In this document: positions 26,335 through 35,905 of the stretch, piece by piece
Position numbering within the stretch: the stretch's first letter is position 1
How the letters are laid out: each line of letters starts with the position of its first letter
NCBI GenBank assembly: GCA_964570515.1
Contig: CAZMYM010000002.1
Span: 89,045-153,044, forward strand
Direction of reading: 5' to 3'
Source of the DNA: an uncultured Thermotogae bacterium
GTDB taxonomy: Bacteria > Bipolaricaulota > Bipolaricaulia > UBA7950 > UBA9294
Length of the DNA stretch: 64,000 nt
The notes under the pieces: model-generated
What the model saw: only the letters and a program-made list of their open reading frames with translations
Database searches by the model: none
What the model was told of the DNA's origin: nothing
Position numbers and translations under genes: made by a program

Positions 26335-27538
26335 CCCTCAACGCGTCGACGACGCGGATCCGCGACGTCCGGATCGATGGGAAGAGCCCCGAGATCAGCG
26401 TCGCAACCAGGCCGACGACGAACGGGGGAACAACGGTCATCGGCGTGATCACGATGGAGAAGGTCACCGGATCAATCGTCCCCGGCGGCCGCCATTCGAT
26501 GCCGACGGCATTGAAGGCGATCGAGAAGAGCACGCCCCCAACGACGCCAACCAGTGCTCCGAGGAGCGCCAGCCACGCGCTCTCGACGAAGAACATTCGG
26601 AAGACCTCGCCCTGCGTGGTTCCGAGCGCGCGCAGCGTGCCGATCTCGCGTGTGCGCTCCAGGAAAGAGAGCGTCAACACCTGCAGGATGATGAAGAAGA
26701 CAAGGACGGTCACCGCCAACGAGAGGAAGCCGAAAAGTGCGTCGAAGAATCCGGACAGCTGTTCGTAGAACGGCGACAGCTCATACCACGTCTTGACTTC
26801 CAGCGCGATCCCAGAGCCATCGAGCCCCGCCTGGATTCGATTGCGCGCCCCATCCGTCTTCGCAAGATCGGACAACCCGACAACAACCCGATCGACGCCG
26901 CTCGTGCCGAACAGGAGCTGGCCGAACACCAACGGGAGGAAGATCGTCCGCAGCTCGGCGTCCTCGCTCTGGAAACGGTAGATGCCTGTGACAATCAGCG
27001 GCGTCGCGTTGTAGGCGCCGGCCGCCGTCGTCAGCGTGAAGATCAGCGGATCGCCAACATCGAGCGACAGGCGATCGGCAAGGCTCCGCCCGATGAGAAC
27101 GGCCGCCGTGTCCTCAGGGGCCAGATCCCTCCCCGAGATGATGGATGAAGAGGAATCGAGCACTCCATTTCCCGGTTCGATCGCCACCGCTTGGACGACC
27201 TGTGTCCGGCTACCGCTTGCGAGGAGGCCGGGAAACTGAAGCCGGGCCGTTCGCCCAACGTACGCCGGATCGACGGTCAGTAGCTGTTCGACTTTTTCCA
27301 GCGTTTCCGGCGGAATCAGGTACTCGTAGTCGTCGGACGTCTCGTTCCACAAGTCGGCGGACGCAATCTGCAGGTTGCCATATTCCGCGACCGTCGTCTG
27401 CTGGATCTGCCCCCGCGAATCCTCCACGAAGCCGAGCACGATGAGAGAGACTGCTGTGCCGAGTGAGACAACCGCGATCGACAGGATCGTCCGGCGACGG
27501 TTGCGCCAGAGGCTACGAAGCGGAACCGACAGCCACAT
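26327..27538 (-). CDS. ABC transporter permease, FtsX/MacB/LolE-like (paralogue)
   Basis: Same architecture and the same FLERTREIGTLRALGT motif. The start was set at MWLSVPLRSLWRNRRRT (27538); the track ORF extends to 27592. Confidence 0.8.
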   Translation of the reverse strand: MWLSVPLRSLWRNRRRTILSIAVVSLGTAVSLIVLGFVEDSRGQIQQTTVAEYGNLQIASADLWNETSDDYEYLIPPETLEKVEQLLTVDPAYVGRTARLQFPGLLASGSRTQVVQAVAIEPGNGVLDSSSSIISGRDLAPEDTAAVLIGRSLADRLSLDVGDPLIFTLTTAAGAYNATPLIVTGIYRFQSEDAELRTIFLPLVFGQLLFGTSGVDRVVVGLSDLAKTDGARNRIQAGLDGSGIALEVKTWYELSPFYEQLSGFFDALFGFLSLAVTVLVFFIILQVLTLSFLERTREIGTLRALGTTQGEVFRMFFVESAWLALLGALVGVVGGVLFSIAFNAVGIEWRPPGTIDPVTFSIVITPMTVVPPFVVGLVATLISGLFPSIRTSRIRVVDALRVE

Positions 27539-28253
27539 CGACGGCCTCCTCACTGAGCTTACCGTCGAGAATGCGGATCTTTCGTTGGGCATAGGCTGAG
27601 ACGGCCGGATCGTGCGTGACCACGACGAACGTCACACAGTGCTCCTCATTGAGCCGCTGCAGAAGCGCCATCACGCGGCCACCAGTCTCCGAGTCCAGAT
27701 TGGCCGTTGGCTCGTCGGCGAGGACGATGTTCGGTCCCGAGACCAACGCTCGGGCGACTGCCACCCGTTGGCGCTGACCGCCGGAGAGCTCGTTCGGCCG
27801 ACGTCTGGTCATGTCAGCCAGCCCGACTTCTTCCAGCATCGCCGCGACGCGGGTGCGTCTTTCCGGTTTCGGTAGTTGTTGAAGCAGGAGCGGGTATTCG
27901 ACGTTCTCGGCCGCGCTCAGGACGGGAACCAGGTTGAATGTCTGGAAGACGAGGCCGATCGTCGATCGTCGGAGCATCGCCAGCTGTCGCTCAGACTTCT
28001 TCGATGTCGGCTCCCCGTGGATAAGCACTTCGCCCTCCGTTGGACGGTCAATGACGGAAAGCAGATTCAGGAAGGTCGTCTTCCCACTGCCGGACGGACC
28101 ATTGACAACGACGAAATCGCCCTGCTGTGCTGCGAAGTTGACGCCGCAAAGGGCATGTACATCCTCGGCGCCGAGCTTGTACGTCTTGCTCAGTGCTCGT
28201 GTTTCCAACGTATTCCCGCCACGCTCGTGGCAGAAGCCGCCTTCATCTCCCAT
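27513..28253 (-). CDS. ABC transporter ATP-binding protein (LolD/MacB-type)
   Basis: Walker A GPSGSGKTTFLNLL, signature LSGGQRQRVAVARAL, Walker B VLADEPTANLD. The start was moved to ATG 28253, preceded by GAGGGAGGG. Confidence 0.9.
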   Translation of the reverse strand: MGDEGGFCHERGGNTLETRALSKTYKLGAEDVHALCGVNFAAQQGDFVVVNGPSGSGKTTFLNLLSVIDRPTEGEVLIHGEPTSKKSERQLAMLRRSTIGLVFQTFNLVPVLSAAENVEYPLLLQQLPKPERRTRVAAMLEEVGLADMTRRRPNELSGGQRQRVAVARALVSGPNIVLADEPTANLDSETGGRVMALLQRLNEEHCVTFVVVTHDPAVSAYAQRKIRILDGKLSEEAVDVAVGSAS

Positions 28254-28357
28254 GGTCTCGCCCTCCCTCGTCCTTTGACCGTTCCACTCTAGGCTCTGTT
28301 GAAGGGTTGAGCAAACGCGCGATTGACACATCGGTGTCACCGCCCGTAGGATGGTGA

Positions 28358-29398
28358 ATGAAACGGCCCTGGACACTCGCAGTTCTTACGTCGCTCGCCA
28401 TCCTCGCTCTCCTTTCAGGCTGTTTCTTCCTGTTGAACGCCCCGCCGACCGCCGTGCTCACGGCGTCGCCCCAGCAGGGGAACTGCCCGCTGACCGTTGC
28501 CTTCTCCGCGACCGGCTCGTACGACGACGAGGGCATCACGTCCGTTCTCTGGGACTTCGGAGACGGCTGGGCGGCATCGACGACCACGGGACAGCACACG
28601 TTCACGCATCCGGGGACCTACACCGTCCGGCTGACCGTCGAAGACGCATACGGTGAAACCGACAGTGCTACGATGACGATCGTCGTCTACGAGCTCGCCA
28701 CCTACGACCAAACCTTCGCCTGGAACTCTCACGGAGACACGTGGACGTGGGAGATCGCCGTCCCGCGGTCGCTTCATGCGCACTACACGAACCTGGTGCC
28801 GCGATACTGGTGCTCCGACACGGGATACTGTGACTGGTACAAGTATGTCACCGACCCGGATGACGATCCGTTCATCGAGACGCTGTCGGAGAATCTCCTC
28901 GGCGCGATCGCCCCGCACTATGTTGGCTCCCTGTCGACCTACCACGGGTTCCTGCAGTTCGCCCTCGATTTCGTCTCCGCGGCCATCCCGTACACGGTTG
29001 ACTCGCTCCCGGACGAGTGGCCGCGCTATCCGTTGGAGACGCTTGTCGAAGTCGTCGGAGACTGTGAGGACACGGCGATCCTCTACTGCTCGATCGTCCG
29101 GCCTCAAGTCCAAAGCACGCACCTGCTCTTCTTCTCAGCACACGTCGCCTCCGCCGTCCCCGTAGACTGGAGCTTTATCGACAGCCGGGATTACACGGTC
29201 GGATACTACGAGTACCAGGGCAACTACTACGTGATCGCCGAGACGACCGGAGACCCGCCCGGCTACTGGCGCGTCGGTGAACTGCCTGACAGCTTGCGGA
29301 CGGAGTGGACGGGCGGGGGCTTCTGGTTCTACGACGTCGGACTCCGGTCCGGTCTGAAGGGCAAAGGCCTCGTGCACGATCCACCGAGCGGCCTCTAG
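28358..29398 (+). CDS. Lipoprotein with PKD domain and transglutaminase-like Cys-protease core
   Basis: Lipobox LLSG|C. PKD signature in CPLTVAFSATGSYDDEGITSVLWDFGDG...HTFTHPGTYTVRLTVEDAYG. VVGDCEDTAILYCSIVR resembles a transglutaminase core. Confidence 0.65.
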   Translation: MKRPWTLAVLTSLAILALLSGCFFLLNAPPTAVLTASPQQGNCPLTVAFSATGSYDDEGITSVLWDFGDGWAASTTTGQHTFTHPGTYTVRLTVEDAYGETDSATMTIVVYELATYDQTFAWNSHGDTWTWEIAVPRSLHAHYTNLVPRYWCSDTGYCDWYKYVTDPDDDPFIETLSENLLGAIAPHYVGSLSTYHGFLQFALDFVSAAIPYTVDSLPDEWPRYPLETLVEVVGDCEDTAILYCSIVRPQVQSTHLLFFSAHVASAVPVDWSFIDSRDYTVGYYEYQGNYYVIAETTGDPPGYWRVGELPDSLRTEWTGGGFWFYDVGLRSGLKGKGLVHDPPSGL

Positions 29399-30330
29399 CG
29401 TTCACAGGCGGCCGGGATCCGAAGGATCTCAGCCCGGACAAGCAGGTCGGCATCCTCGAATCGAGCACCGAAGGAGGGCATCGGATGGTGCCCCTGCGGC
29501 CACTGCCATGCAGTGGCGAAATCGACCGTCTCGATCTCGCACATCCGCCGGTAGTCTCGGAAGAACGTCTCGTTATCGATCGCGTTCGTGTTCGCGTTCA
29601 GTGAAGCGACGTAGGCGAGGTCGTGCTCGTGCGCCGATATGGATTGATCGCGGTGGAAAGCGACCGGGTCGCTGTATCCGGAAGGCAGCTTGGCGTGGAC
29701 AACTTGCCCGGACGCAAACCCCGCGCCCGGGACGAGGGCCATGTAGGCGGGTGGCGCAGTGGACCCGACTCGGACGTCCCCAAGATAAGAGCGGACCAAG
29801 GCGAAGGCTTCGCCCAGTTCTCCCGGATCGATCTCGAACGAAGGTGGGTAGCCGGCCGGATCGTGTGGCTCGTCGATGAAGCGGACTCCCCAGATTGTCC
29901 CGTCGGCGATGAACGGACGGATCTCCGAGGCGAGCGCGAGGATCGGATCGAGTTCACGCCGCACCGCGTCCATGCTCAAGTGCCTGTTAGCACCGAGGTA
30001 ATCGGCGGGAGCGGTGCTGCCCAGCGTTAGGATCAGGCGCACACCGCATGCCTGCGCAGGAGCCAGGTCGGCGATGAGAGTAGCCGCCCCGCGGTCGCCA
30101 CGGTAGTGCTTGATCGCCCCGGTCATCCCGCCGTCGGTCAGATGCTCGTTCGGCGTGTACATCGCACCCCAAGGAATCGAATCGCGTCCGTCCCCGCCGA
30201 GAGGCTCGGAGGCGGCCGTCAGCAAGACCAGACCGAGGGTGAGGACAAGACCCCATCCGATGGCTTGTACCAGCGCCGCATCCCTAGTTCTCATTCCGAC
30301 CCATCCTAGCGCGGACGAGGCAGAGGTCAA
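29395..30330 (-). CDS. Hypothetical membrane-anchored/secreted protein
   Basis: 311-aa ORF with an N-terminal hydrophobic helix (AIGWGLVLTLGLVLLTAAS) and no motif I recognise. Alternative start at 30294. Confidence 0.5.
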   Translation of the reverse strand: MTSASSALGWVGMRTRDAALVQAIGWGLVLTLGLVLLTAASEPLGGDGRDSIPWGAMYTPNEHLTDGGMTGAIKHYRGDRGAATLIADLAPAQACGVRLILTLGSTAPADYLGANRHLSMDAVRRELDPILALASEIRPFIADGTIWGVRFIDEPHDPAGYPPSFEIDPGELGEAFALVRSYLGDVRVGSTAPPAYMALVPGAGFASGQVVHAKLPSGYSDPVAFHRDQSISAHEHDLAYVASLNANTNAIDNETFFRDYRRMCEIETVDFATAWQWPQGHHPMPSFGARFEDADLLVRAEILRIPAACER

Positions 30331-30595
30331 CGCCTCATCGGCTTCGTGCTATGCTCTCCCGGAATGGCGCTCTCCGGAACGCGCCGTGAGGTGAATGCCC
30401 GCGAGAAGAGCACTTCCGCAGCTACGCCAACGCCGGACTCGGCGCGTTCGAATGCCGTTGAGATCCAGCGACGAGATGCATCGATGATTGACGACCAAGC
30501 CGAGAGCTCGGCACGGCAGATCCGAACGCGGACGGGAACCACGCTCGGCGCGCGCGTGTACGTCCATCAGCACCCTTTGCACGGAGGGGATTCTC

Positions 30596-32725
30596 ATGAA
30601 GCGCAGGACGCTCTACCTGGCTGCCGTTCTTGGCCTTCTCTTCACTGTTCTCGTCGGTTCTCACGTTTGGGCCGATGGCGTCATCCTGCCGGACGACCCG
30701 GAACACGGATGGCTGACGATCGTCTATCACGACGTGTCGGTGACGATCCGCGACGGCGTCGTGACCACACACGTGGATCAGCTGTTCCGAAACGACACCG
30801 GGCGCAACGTCGAGGGGCAGTACATCTTCCCGCTTCCGCCCGGCGCCGTCGTCTCTAGCTTCACGATGTGGGTCGACGACGCGGCCCTCGAGGCACGGAT
30901 CCTCGACGCCGACGAGGCGCGCGCCATCTACGAGGACTTCGTCCGCCGAGCCATCGACCCCGCGTTGCTGGAGTACGTCGGCCGCGACGCGCTTTCGGCT
31001 CGAATCTTCCCGATTCCGGCCGGTGGCGAACGACGGGTTGAGATCACGTACAGCGAGCTCCTGGCGTCCGAGAGCGGCGTCTATCGATACCGCTATCCTC
31101 TCGATACGGAGCGGTTCTCCGCGCGGCCGCTCGAACGGGTCCGAATCACGGTCGATGTGGAGACGAGCGCCCCGTTGTCGGCCGTCTACTCGCCCACACA
31201 CCGAATGACGGTCGAACGGACGAGCGAATACGCGGCGACCGGCGTCTACGAGGATCAGGATCTCCTGCCTTCGCAGGACTTCCTCCTCTACTACGCCGTG
31301 ACGGCCGATGAGCTGGGGATGACGCTGCTCACGTATCGGAACCCGGGTGAGGACGGGTACTTCCTTCTGATCGCAACGCCCCCGCAAGTCGAGGCGAACG
31401 GAAGAGCCCTTCCAAAGGATCTGGTCTTCGTTCTCGACCGCTCGGGGAGCATGAGTGGCGAGAAAATCGAGCAAGCGAAGGAAGCCCTCCGGTTCATCCT
31501 CGAGAACCTCAATCCCGACGATCGGTTCGCCGTGATCGCCTTCTCCGACTACGTCTCGGCCTACCAGCCCGAGCTGGAGAGCGTTTCGCCGGACTCGATC
31601 GCAGGCGCGATCGCCTGGTCCTCATCGCTCCACGCGACGGGGGGAACGGACATCGACGAGGCCCTCTCCGTCACGTTTCCGCTTTTCGAGCAGAGCGACC
31701 GCCCGCGCTTCGTGATCTTCCTGACCGACGGTGAGGCGACCGCCGGCGAGACCGATCCGGTTGTCATCGCCGAGAACGCTCTCGCCGCCAATACCGCCGA
31801 TGTCCGAGTCTTCGTCTTCGGCGTCGGCTATAACGTCAACACCGTTCTCCTCGACCAGCTTGCGGAGGAGAATCGAGGGACGACGACCTACGTCCTTCCC
31901 GGAGAGAACCTCGAGGTTTCGCTGTCCACGTTCTATAAGAAGATCGCATCGCCCGTTCTCGCGGACACGGTTTTGGAGATCGCGGGCATCGAGACGTTCG
32001 ACGTCTTCCCGCGCGTGCTGCCGGACCTCTTTCGCGGATCGCAGCTCGTCGTCCTCGGTCGATACCGAGACGCCGGAGACGCACGCGTCACCGTGTCGGG
32101 GCAAGTCGAGGGCGTCCCGACCGCCTACACGACGCTCCAGTCGTTCCCGGACGTCGCTCTCGAATCCTCATTCCTCCCGCGACTCTGGGCAGGCAGGAAG
32201 ATCGCCCACCTGCTGAGCCAGATCCGCCTCTACGGCGAATCGGATGAACTCGTGGACGAGGTGATCGCGCTGTCGAAGAGCCACGGCATCATCACGCCGT
32301 ACACGTCCTTCCTTGTCGATGAGACCGCGCTCTCCGATGAGGACATGGCGGACGCCTTCCGTGCCGCCACCGCGCCGAAGACGGGCGCCTCCGCGGTCGT
32401 GGGAGCCCAGATGCTTCAGGGTCTGGCGCAGGCGGAGACGGTTCCCGTTCAGGCCGATGTCGAGCGACTCCGCGTCGTGGAGACCCACACGTACTACTTG
32501 CGTGACGGCATCTGGACGGACAGCGAGTACGACGAGGAAGAGACGATCGCGATCGCCCTGTACAGCGCGGCGTACTTCGATCTGATCGGAATTCTTCCGT
32601 GGATCGGTCCCCATCTGGCGCTCGGTGACCGCGTGATCATCGCTGTCGGCGACGTGTTCATCGAGATTGGTGAGGAAGGCGCCGAGAGCCTGACACCGGA
32701 ACTGATCGAGACGCTCACACCCTAG
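30596..32725 (+). CDS. Secreted VIT + von Willebrand factor type A domain protein
   Basis: Signal peptide MKRRTLYLAAVLGLLFTVLVGSHVWADG. VIT-like N-domain and the VWA MIDAS motif VFVLDRSGSMSG. The start was moved to ATG 30596 after GGAGGGGA. Confidence 0.8.
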   Translation: MKRRTLYLAAVLGLLFTVLVGSHVWADGVILPDDPEHGWLTIVYHDVSVTIRDGVVTTHVDQLFRNDTGRNVEGQYIFPLPPGAVVSSFTMWVDDAALEARILDADEARAIYEDFVRRAIDPALLEYVGRDALSARIFPIPAGGERRVEITYSELLASESGVYRYRYPLDTERFSARPLERVRITVDVETSAPLSAVYSPTHRMTVERTSEYAATGVYEDQDLLPSQDFLLYYAVTADELGMTLLTYRNPGEDGYFLLIATPPQVEANGRALPKDLVFVLDRSGSMSGEKIEQAKEALRFILENLNPDDRFAVIAFSDYVSAYQPELESVSPDSIAGAIAWSSSLHATGGTDIDEALSVTFPLFEQSDRPRFVIFLTDGEATAGETDPVVIAENALAANTADVRVFVFGVGYNVNTVLLDQLAEENRGTTTYVLPGENLEVSLSTFYKKIASPVLADTVLEIAGIETFDVFPRVLPDLFRGSQLVVLGRYRDAGDARVTVSGQVEGVPTAYTTLQSFPDVALESSFLPRLWAGRKIAHLLSQIRLYGESDELVDEVIALSKSHGIITPYTSFLVDETALSDEDMADAFRAATAPKTGASAVVGAQMLQGLAQAETVPVQADVERLRVVETHTYYLRDGIWTDSEYDEEETIAIALYSAAYFDLIGILPWIGPHLALGDRVIIAVGDVFIEIGEEGAESLTPELIETLTP

Positions 32726-32830
32726 TCCTCCTTTCTCAGCCCCGAGAGGGGCTCCACAGCGGAGCCCCTCTCGACTCAAGCGGGTCGACCTCCCGGCACC
32801 ACCTTCCGACTTCCCCTGCAACGTGATAGC

Positions 32831-33229
32831 ATGGCGTCACTGGAGGTGATCGACGTGAAGGAGTTCTCCTTCTTGATCGGCAACTGCCCAGGCGCTCTCG
32901 TGGAGATCGCTGAGGCCATGGGAAACGAACACGTCAACATCGAAGGCATCGCCGGCCTGACCGTGCTCGAAGAGGGCGTCGTCAGCCTGCTGCCCGACGA
33001 CGCGGGTAAGGCTCGCAAGATCCTCAAAGAGAAGAACGTCGACTACGAAGAGCGGGAGGCGATCATTATTGACCTCCCGAACCATCCGGGCGAACTTGCC
33101 ACGCTCCTCGACCGCCTTCGCCACGACCACATCAACGTCCTCTCCTGTTACGCGGGGGTGGAGAAGAACCAGGTCATCATCACGGTCGACCAAGTCGATC
33201 GGGCCAAGGAGATCTTGCGCATTTCCTAG
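32831..33229 (+). CDS. ACT-domain protein (tandem small ACT-like modules)
   Basis: 132 aa. The first module contains EFSFLIGNCPGALVEIAEAMGNEHVNIEGI and the second contains IIIDLPNHPGELATLLDRLRHDHINVLS. Confidence 0.6.
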   Translation: MASLEVIDVKEFSFLIGNCPGALVEIAEAMGNEHVNIEGIAGLTVLEEGVVSLLPDDAGKARKILKEKNVDYEEREAIIIDLPNHPGELATLLDRLRHDHINVLSCYAGVEKNQVIITVDQVDRAKEILRIS

Positions 33230-33272
33230 GTCCTTCGGACCAAGGCAATGCGTGCGTATCGCTGAAAGGGTC

Positions 33273-33306
33273 GGGACCCATGCGACCAGGCGCTCGCATC
33301 GGTCCC
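33273..33306. other. Stem-loop downstream of the ACT gene
   Basis: GGGACCCATGCGA-8 nt-TCGCATCGGTCCC: 13-bp arms with one central mismatch and no U-tract. Confidence 0.3.
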
Positions 33307-33356
33307 AGTGCTGAGAAGACCACCGAGCGAGCGTCTAGCAGGGATGCGGTGAATCG

Positions 33357-34067
33357 ATGAAGATCCTGTATGTCTTTCCCCATCCGGATGACGAGTCGTT
33401 CGGACCGGCACGGGCGATTTCGGCGCAAGTCCGCGCCGGCCACGAAGTCTTTCTCCTGACCCTCACCCGAGGCGGCGCAACGAAGGAGCGGCATCGCCTC
33501 GGATACTCCGTCGACGAGATGGGCGCCGCTCGGTTTTCTGAGATGCAGCAGGTTGCGAGGGTTCTCAACCTCACAAATCTGACCGTCCTCGATTTTCCGG
33601 ACAGCGGTCTCAAGGAGTTTGATCCTCGTGAGATCGAGACCGTCGTCGCCGAGAACATCCAGCGCGTGCGGCCGGTCATCGTTGTCACGTACCCCGTCCA
33701 CGGCATCAGCGGATTCCACGATCACTTGGTGACCCACGCCATCGTCAAGCGCATCTTCCTCGAGCTTCGCGACGCAGGCGCTGAGTACCTCCGGCGCCTC
33801 GCCTTCGTCACGCTGACCGAGGAGCAGGCGACAGCCGCCTCCGGCGTCCACCGGCTCTCCGGCTCAACGCCGGAGGAGATCGATTGCCTGATGAACGTCG
33901 ACGACGAAGACATGGCCGTATTCCGCCGTGCCCTCGACTGCTACGTCACCTATCGTGAGATGATCGAACAGATCGGCGTTCGCGAGTCGCTCGACCGAAC
34001 CGTCGCCTTCGAGATCTTCGGCGAGGCTCACGACCCACCGCTCGACGATCTCTGCGCCGGGCTCTGA
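33357..34067 (+). CDS. PIG-L/LmbE family deacetylase
   Basis: MKILYVFPHPDDESFG (the PHPDDE motif) followed by further His/Asp motifs. 236 aa. Confidence 0.8.
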   Translation: MKILYVFPHPDDESFGPARAISAQVRAGHEVFLLTLTRGGATKERHRLGYSVDEMGAARFSEMQQVARVLNLTNLTVLDFPDSGLKEFDPREIETVVAENIQRVRPVIVVTYPVHGISGFHDHLVTHAIVKRIFLELRDAGAEYLRRLAFVTLTEEQATAASGVHRLSGSTPEEIDCLMNVDDEDMAVFRRALDCYVTYREMIEQIGVRESLDRTVAFEIFGEAHDPPLDDLCAGL

Positions 34068-34117
34068 GGACGCGGAAGACACCCAGACTACGGTTGGCTC
34101 GCGGGGACTGATTGGGT

Positions 34118-35218
34118 CTAGTTCCTCTCCTCCTCAGAGAACACGAACGTACGTTTGAGGTCGTTGAACCAGTCGAACGGGATCATGCCGTCATGTTGTA
34201 GCCTGCCGACCACGATTCCGGGAGCAATCCCGAGTCCATCCGCAAACGCGCGAACTCGTGCCTTGGAGAGGGGCGTCTTGCGGACTAGCGAAAGGAACTG
34301 GTCCTCTGGGATTAAGTGCCTCGCCGCAAACGCGTCCGCTTCTTGCTCCTCGTCCGACGCGTCCATCGACTCCTCATCGATGAAGACGGCTCGTTTCCCG
34401 TGCAGGAGCACATGAGCCGCCTCGTGAAAGAAGGTGAACCAGAAGTGATCGTCCTTCCGGTGGCGGAGGCTCTGGACGATCAGCGCCTTGTCCGATGAGA
34501 TCCATCGCGTAGCGCCCGAGAGACGCGTCTTCGGCAGCTCGGGGACGAAGACCAGCGCGACGCCCACCTCGGCGCAGAGCCGCTTCATGCGTGGCTCGAA
34601 TTCGGACACCGGAAGGCGCGTGAGACGGCGGATCTCATTCAGCGCATCGAGGAATCCGGTCTTGTCAAACGGCTCGGTGCTGGCTTCCGCTGCTCCAAGG
34701 TCACCGATCCGTAGCCACGCCGCAACCGCCTCTCTGGAGCTGATAAACGCGGGCGACTTGCGGTAGGCGACGACGAGCCGATCGTACTGCCTCTCCCAGG
34801 CGTCCGGACTCGTGACTCCGAAGAACTGCAGCAACGCCCGAACCTTCTCCTGTTTGCTGCAACGCGAGGGAATCCAGCCGCGCTTCGCGAGCGCCTGTAG
34901 GGGAAAGCGTTTTGCCCACTCGACATAGGACGACAGCCTATCTTGCTCCTTTCTTGTTGCGATGTGGAGCCGATGGTTTTGATCGAGGTTCATCCACAAA
35001 CTCGCACGCGTCCCCAGAACGTGCTCGAACGTCAACGCAGTCTCCGACGTGATCGACGCTTTCCCATTGATGATCTGACTCACATGCTTTTCCGATAACC
35101 CGCAACGCGAGGCGAATTCCGATTGCGAGATGGATCGCGCTCGTAGTGTCTCGCCAAGGATCTCGCCCGGATGAACTGAGTAGTCTGGGCTGAACACTTG
35201 CTGCTTGTTGGTGCTCAT
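34118..35218 (-). CDS. higA: HigA-type XRE antitoxin fused to an ImmA/IrrE metallopeptidase domain
   Basis: The N-terminus HPGEILGETLRARSISQSEFASRCGLSEKHVSQIINGKASIT is a HigA-type HTH. The C-terminus has FTFFHEAAHVLLHGK (HExxH). Its ATG shares 1 nt with the higB stop. Confidence 0.8.
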   Translation of the reverse strand: MSTNKQQVFSPDYSVHPGEILGETLRARSISQSEFASRCGLSEKHVSQIINGKASITSETALTFEHVLGTRASLWMNLDQNHRLHIATRKEQDRLSSYVEWAKRFPLQALAKRGWIPSRCSKQEKVRALLQFFGVTSPDAWERQYDRLVVAYRKSPAFISSREAVAAWLRIGDLGAAEASTEPFDKTGFLDALNEIRRLTRLPVSEFEPRMKRLCAEVGVALVFVPELPKTRLSGATRWISSDKALIVQSLRHRKDDHFWFTFFHEAAHVLLHGKRAVFIDEESMDASDEEQEADAFAARHLIPEDQFLSLVRKTPLSKARVRAFADGLGIAPGIVVGRLQHDGMIPFDWFNDLKRTFVFSEEERN

Positions 35219-35553
35219 CAGTGGTAGTCCTCCACTCCGAGAATCCGAATCGACGTGACGCGCTCCAGGTCGATGGAGCCGTCTTCAAGAAACGGGATCG
35301 GGTTGTTTGCTGGCTGCAGGATGATTCGGTACGGGTGCTTGACGTCCACGGCGTACTGGCCCTGCCGTTTCCCAGAGAGCGCGTGCAAACGCTCTGGACG
35401 CTTCGAGGGCACGTCAGCCAAGCATTCAGCAGCGTCCAGAACGATCATGCGCCGCATGATCAACCGAGCGTTCTCCTTCCCGAACTCACGTACCAGAAGG
35501 GTTTCCGAGCTCATGATCTTCCGAAGCTTCGACGACTTGAAGAGGATCTCCAT
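35218..35553 (-). CDS. higB: HigB / 'killer protein' RelE-superfamily toxin
   Basis: 111 aa from ATG 35553: MEILFKSSKLRKI...LHALSGKRQGQYAVDVKHPYRIIL...VEDYH matches the plasmid-maintenance killer protein pattern (...L.G.R.G.wS.ri...wRi.F......DYH). Confidence 0.75.
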   Translation of the reverse strand: MEILFKSSKLRKIMSSETLLVREFGKENARLIMRRMIVLDAAECLADVPSKRPERLHALSGKRQGQYAVDVKHPYRIILQPANNPIPFLEDGSIDLERVTSIRILGVEDYH

Positions 35554-35583
35554 GCATCCCACGCACCTCGCCCGGCGCCGTTA

Positions 35584-35612
35584 ACCTTACCAGATTGGTA
35601 AAGGATAAGCAA
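35584..35612 (-). promoter_or_regulatory. higBA promoter with embedded palindromic operator
   Basis: On the minus strand: TTGCTT, 17-nt spacer, TAAGGT. The spacer holds the perfect palindrome TTACCA-N3-TGGTAA (35587-35601). Confidence 0.5.
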
Positions 35613-35878
35613 CAGATGGCAGATCGAGCAGCGATCTCCATCAACCCAAGTCCGGGTGATTCGAGGACCGGAAGCCCAGTCTCGGGCCGCGCGGTGCAGA
35701 GACATGGTATGCGTCCCTGAACTCCTCTTCGTACGATGCCAACTCCGGCGTGCATCGCCGGGGCTGCCAAGAAGCCGAGGCGCCAGGATTCGCACTTGTC
35801 ACACGGACGGGGCCGCCGATACAGTGAGAGCAATCCAGTTATCTGGAGGCGGATCGCCCGTGCAGGGCGAGCGTGAGG

Positions 35879-35905
35879 AGGCCCGCAAGGGCCTTTTCAT
35901 TTCGG
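35879..35905 (+). terminator. Rho-independent-terminator-like hairpin within a 430-bp ORF-poor gap
   Basis: GGCCC-GCAA-GGGCC followed by TTTTCATTT, and preceded by a second hairpin TCGCCC-GTGCA-GGGCGA. Confidence 0.4.
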
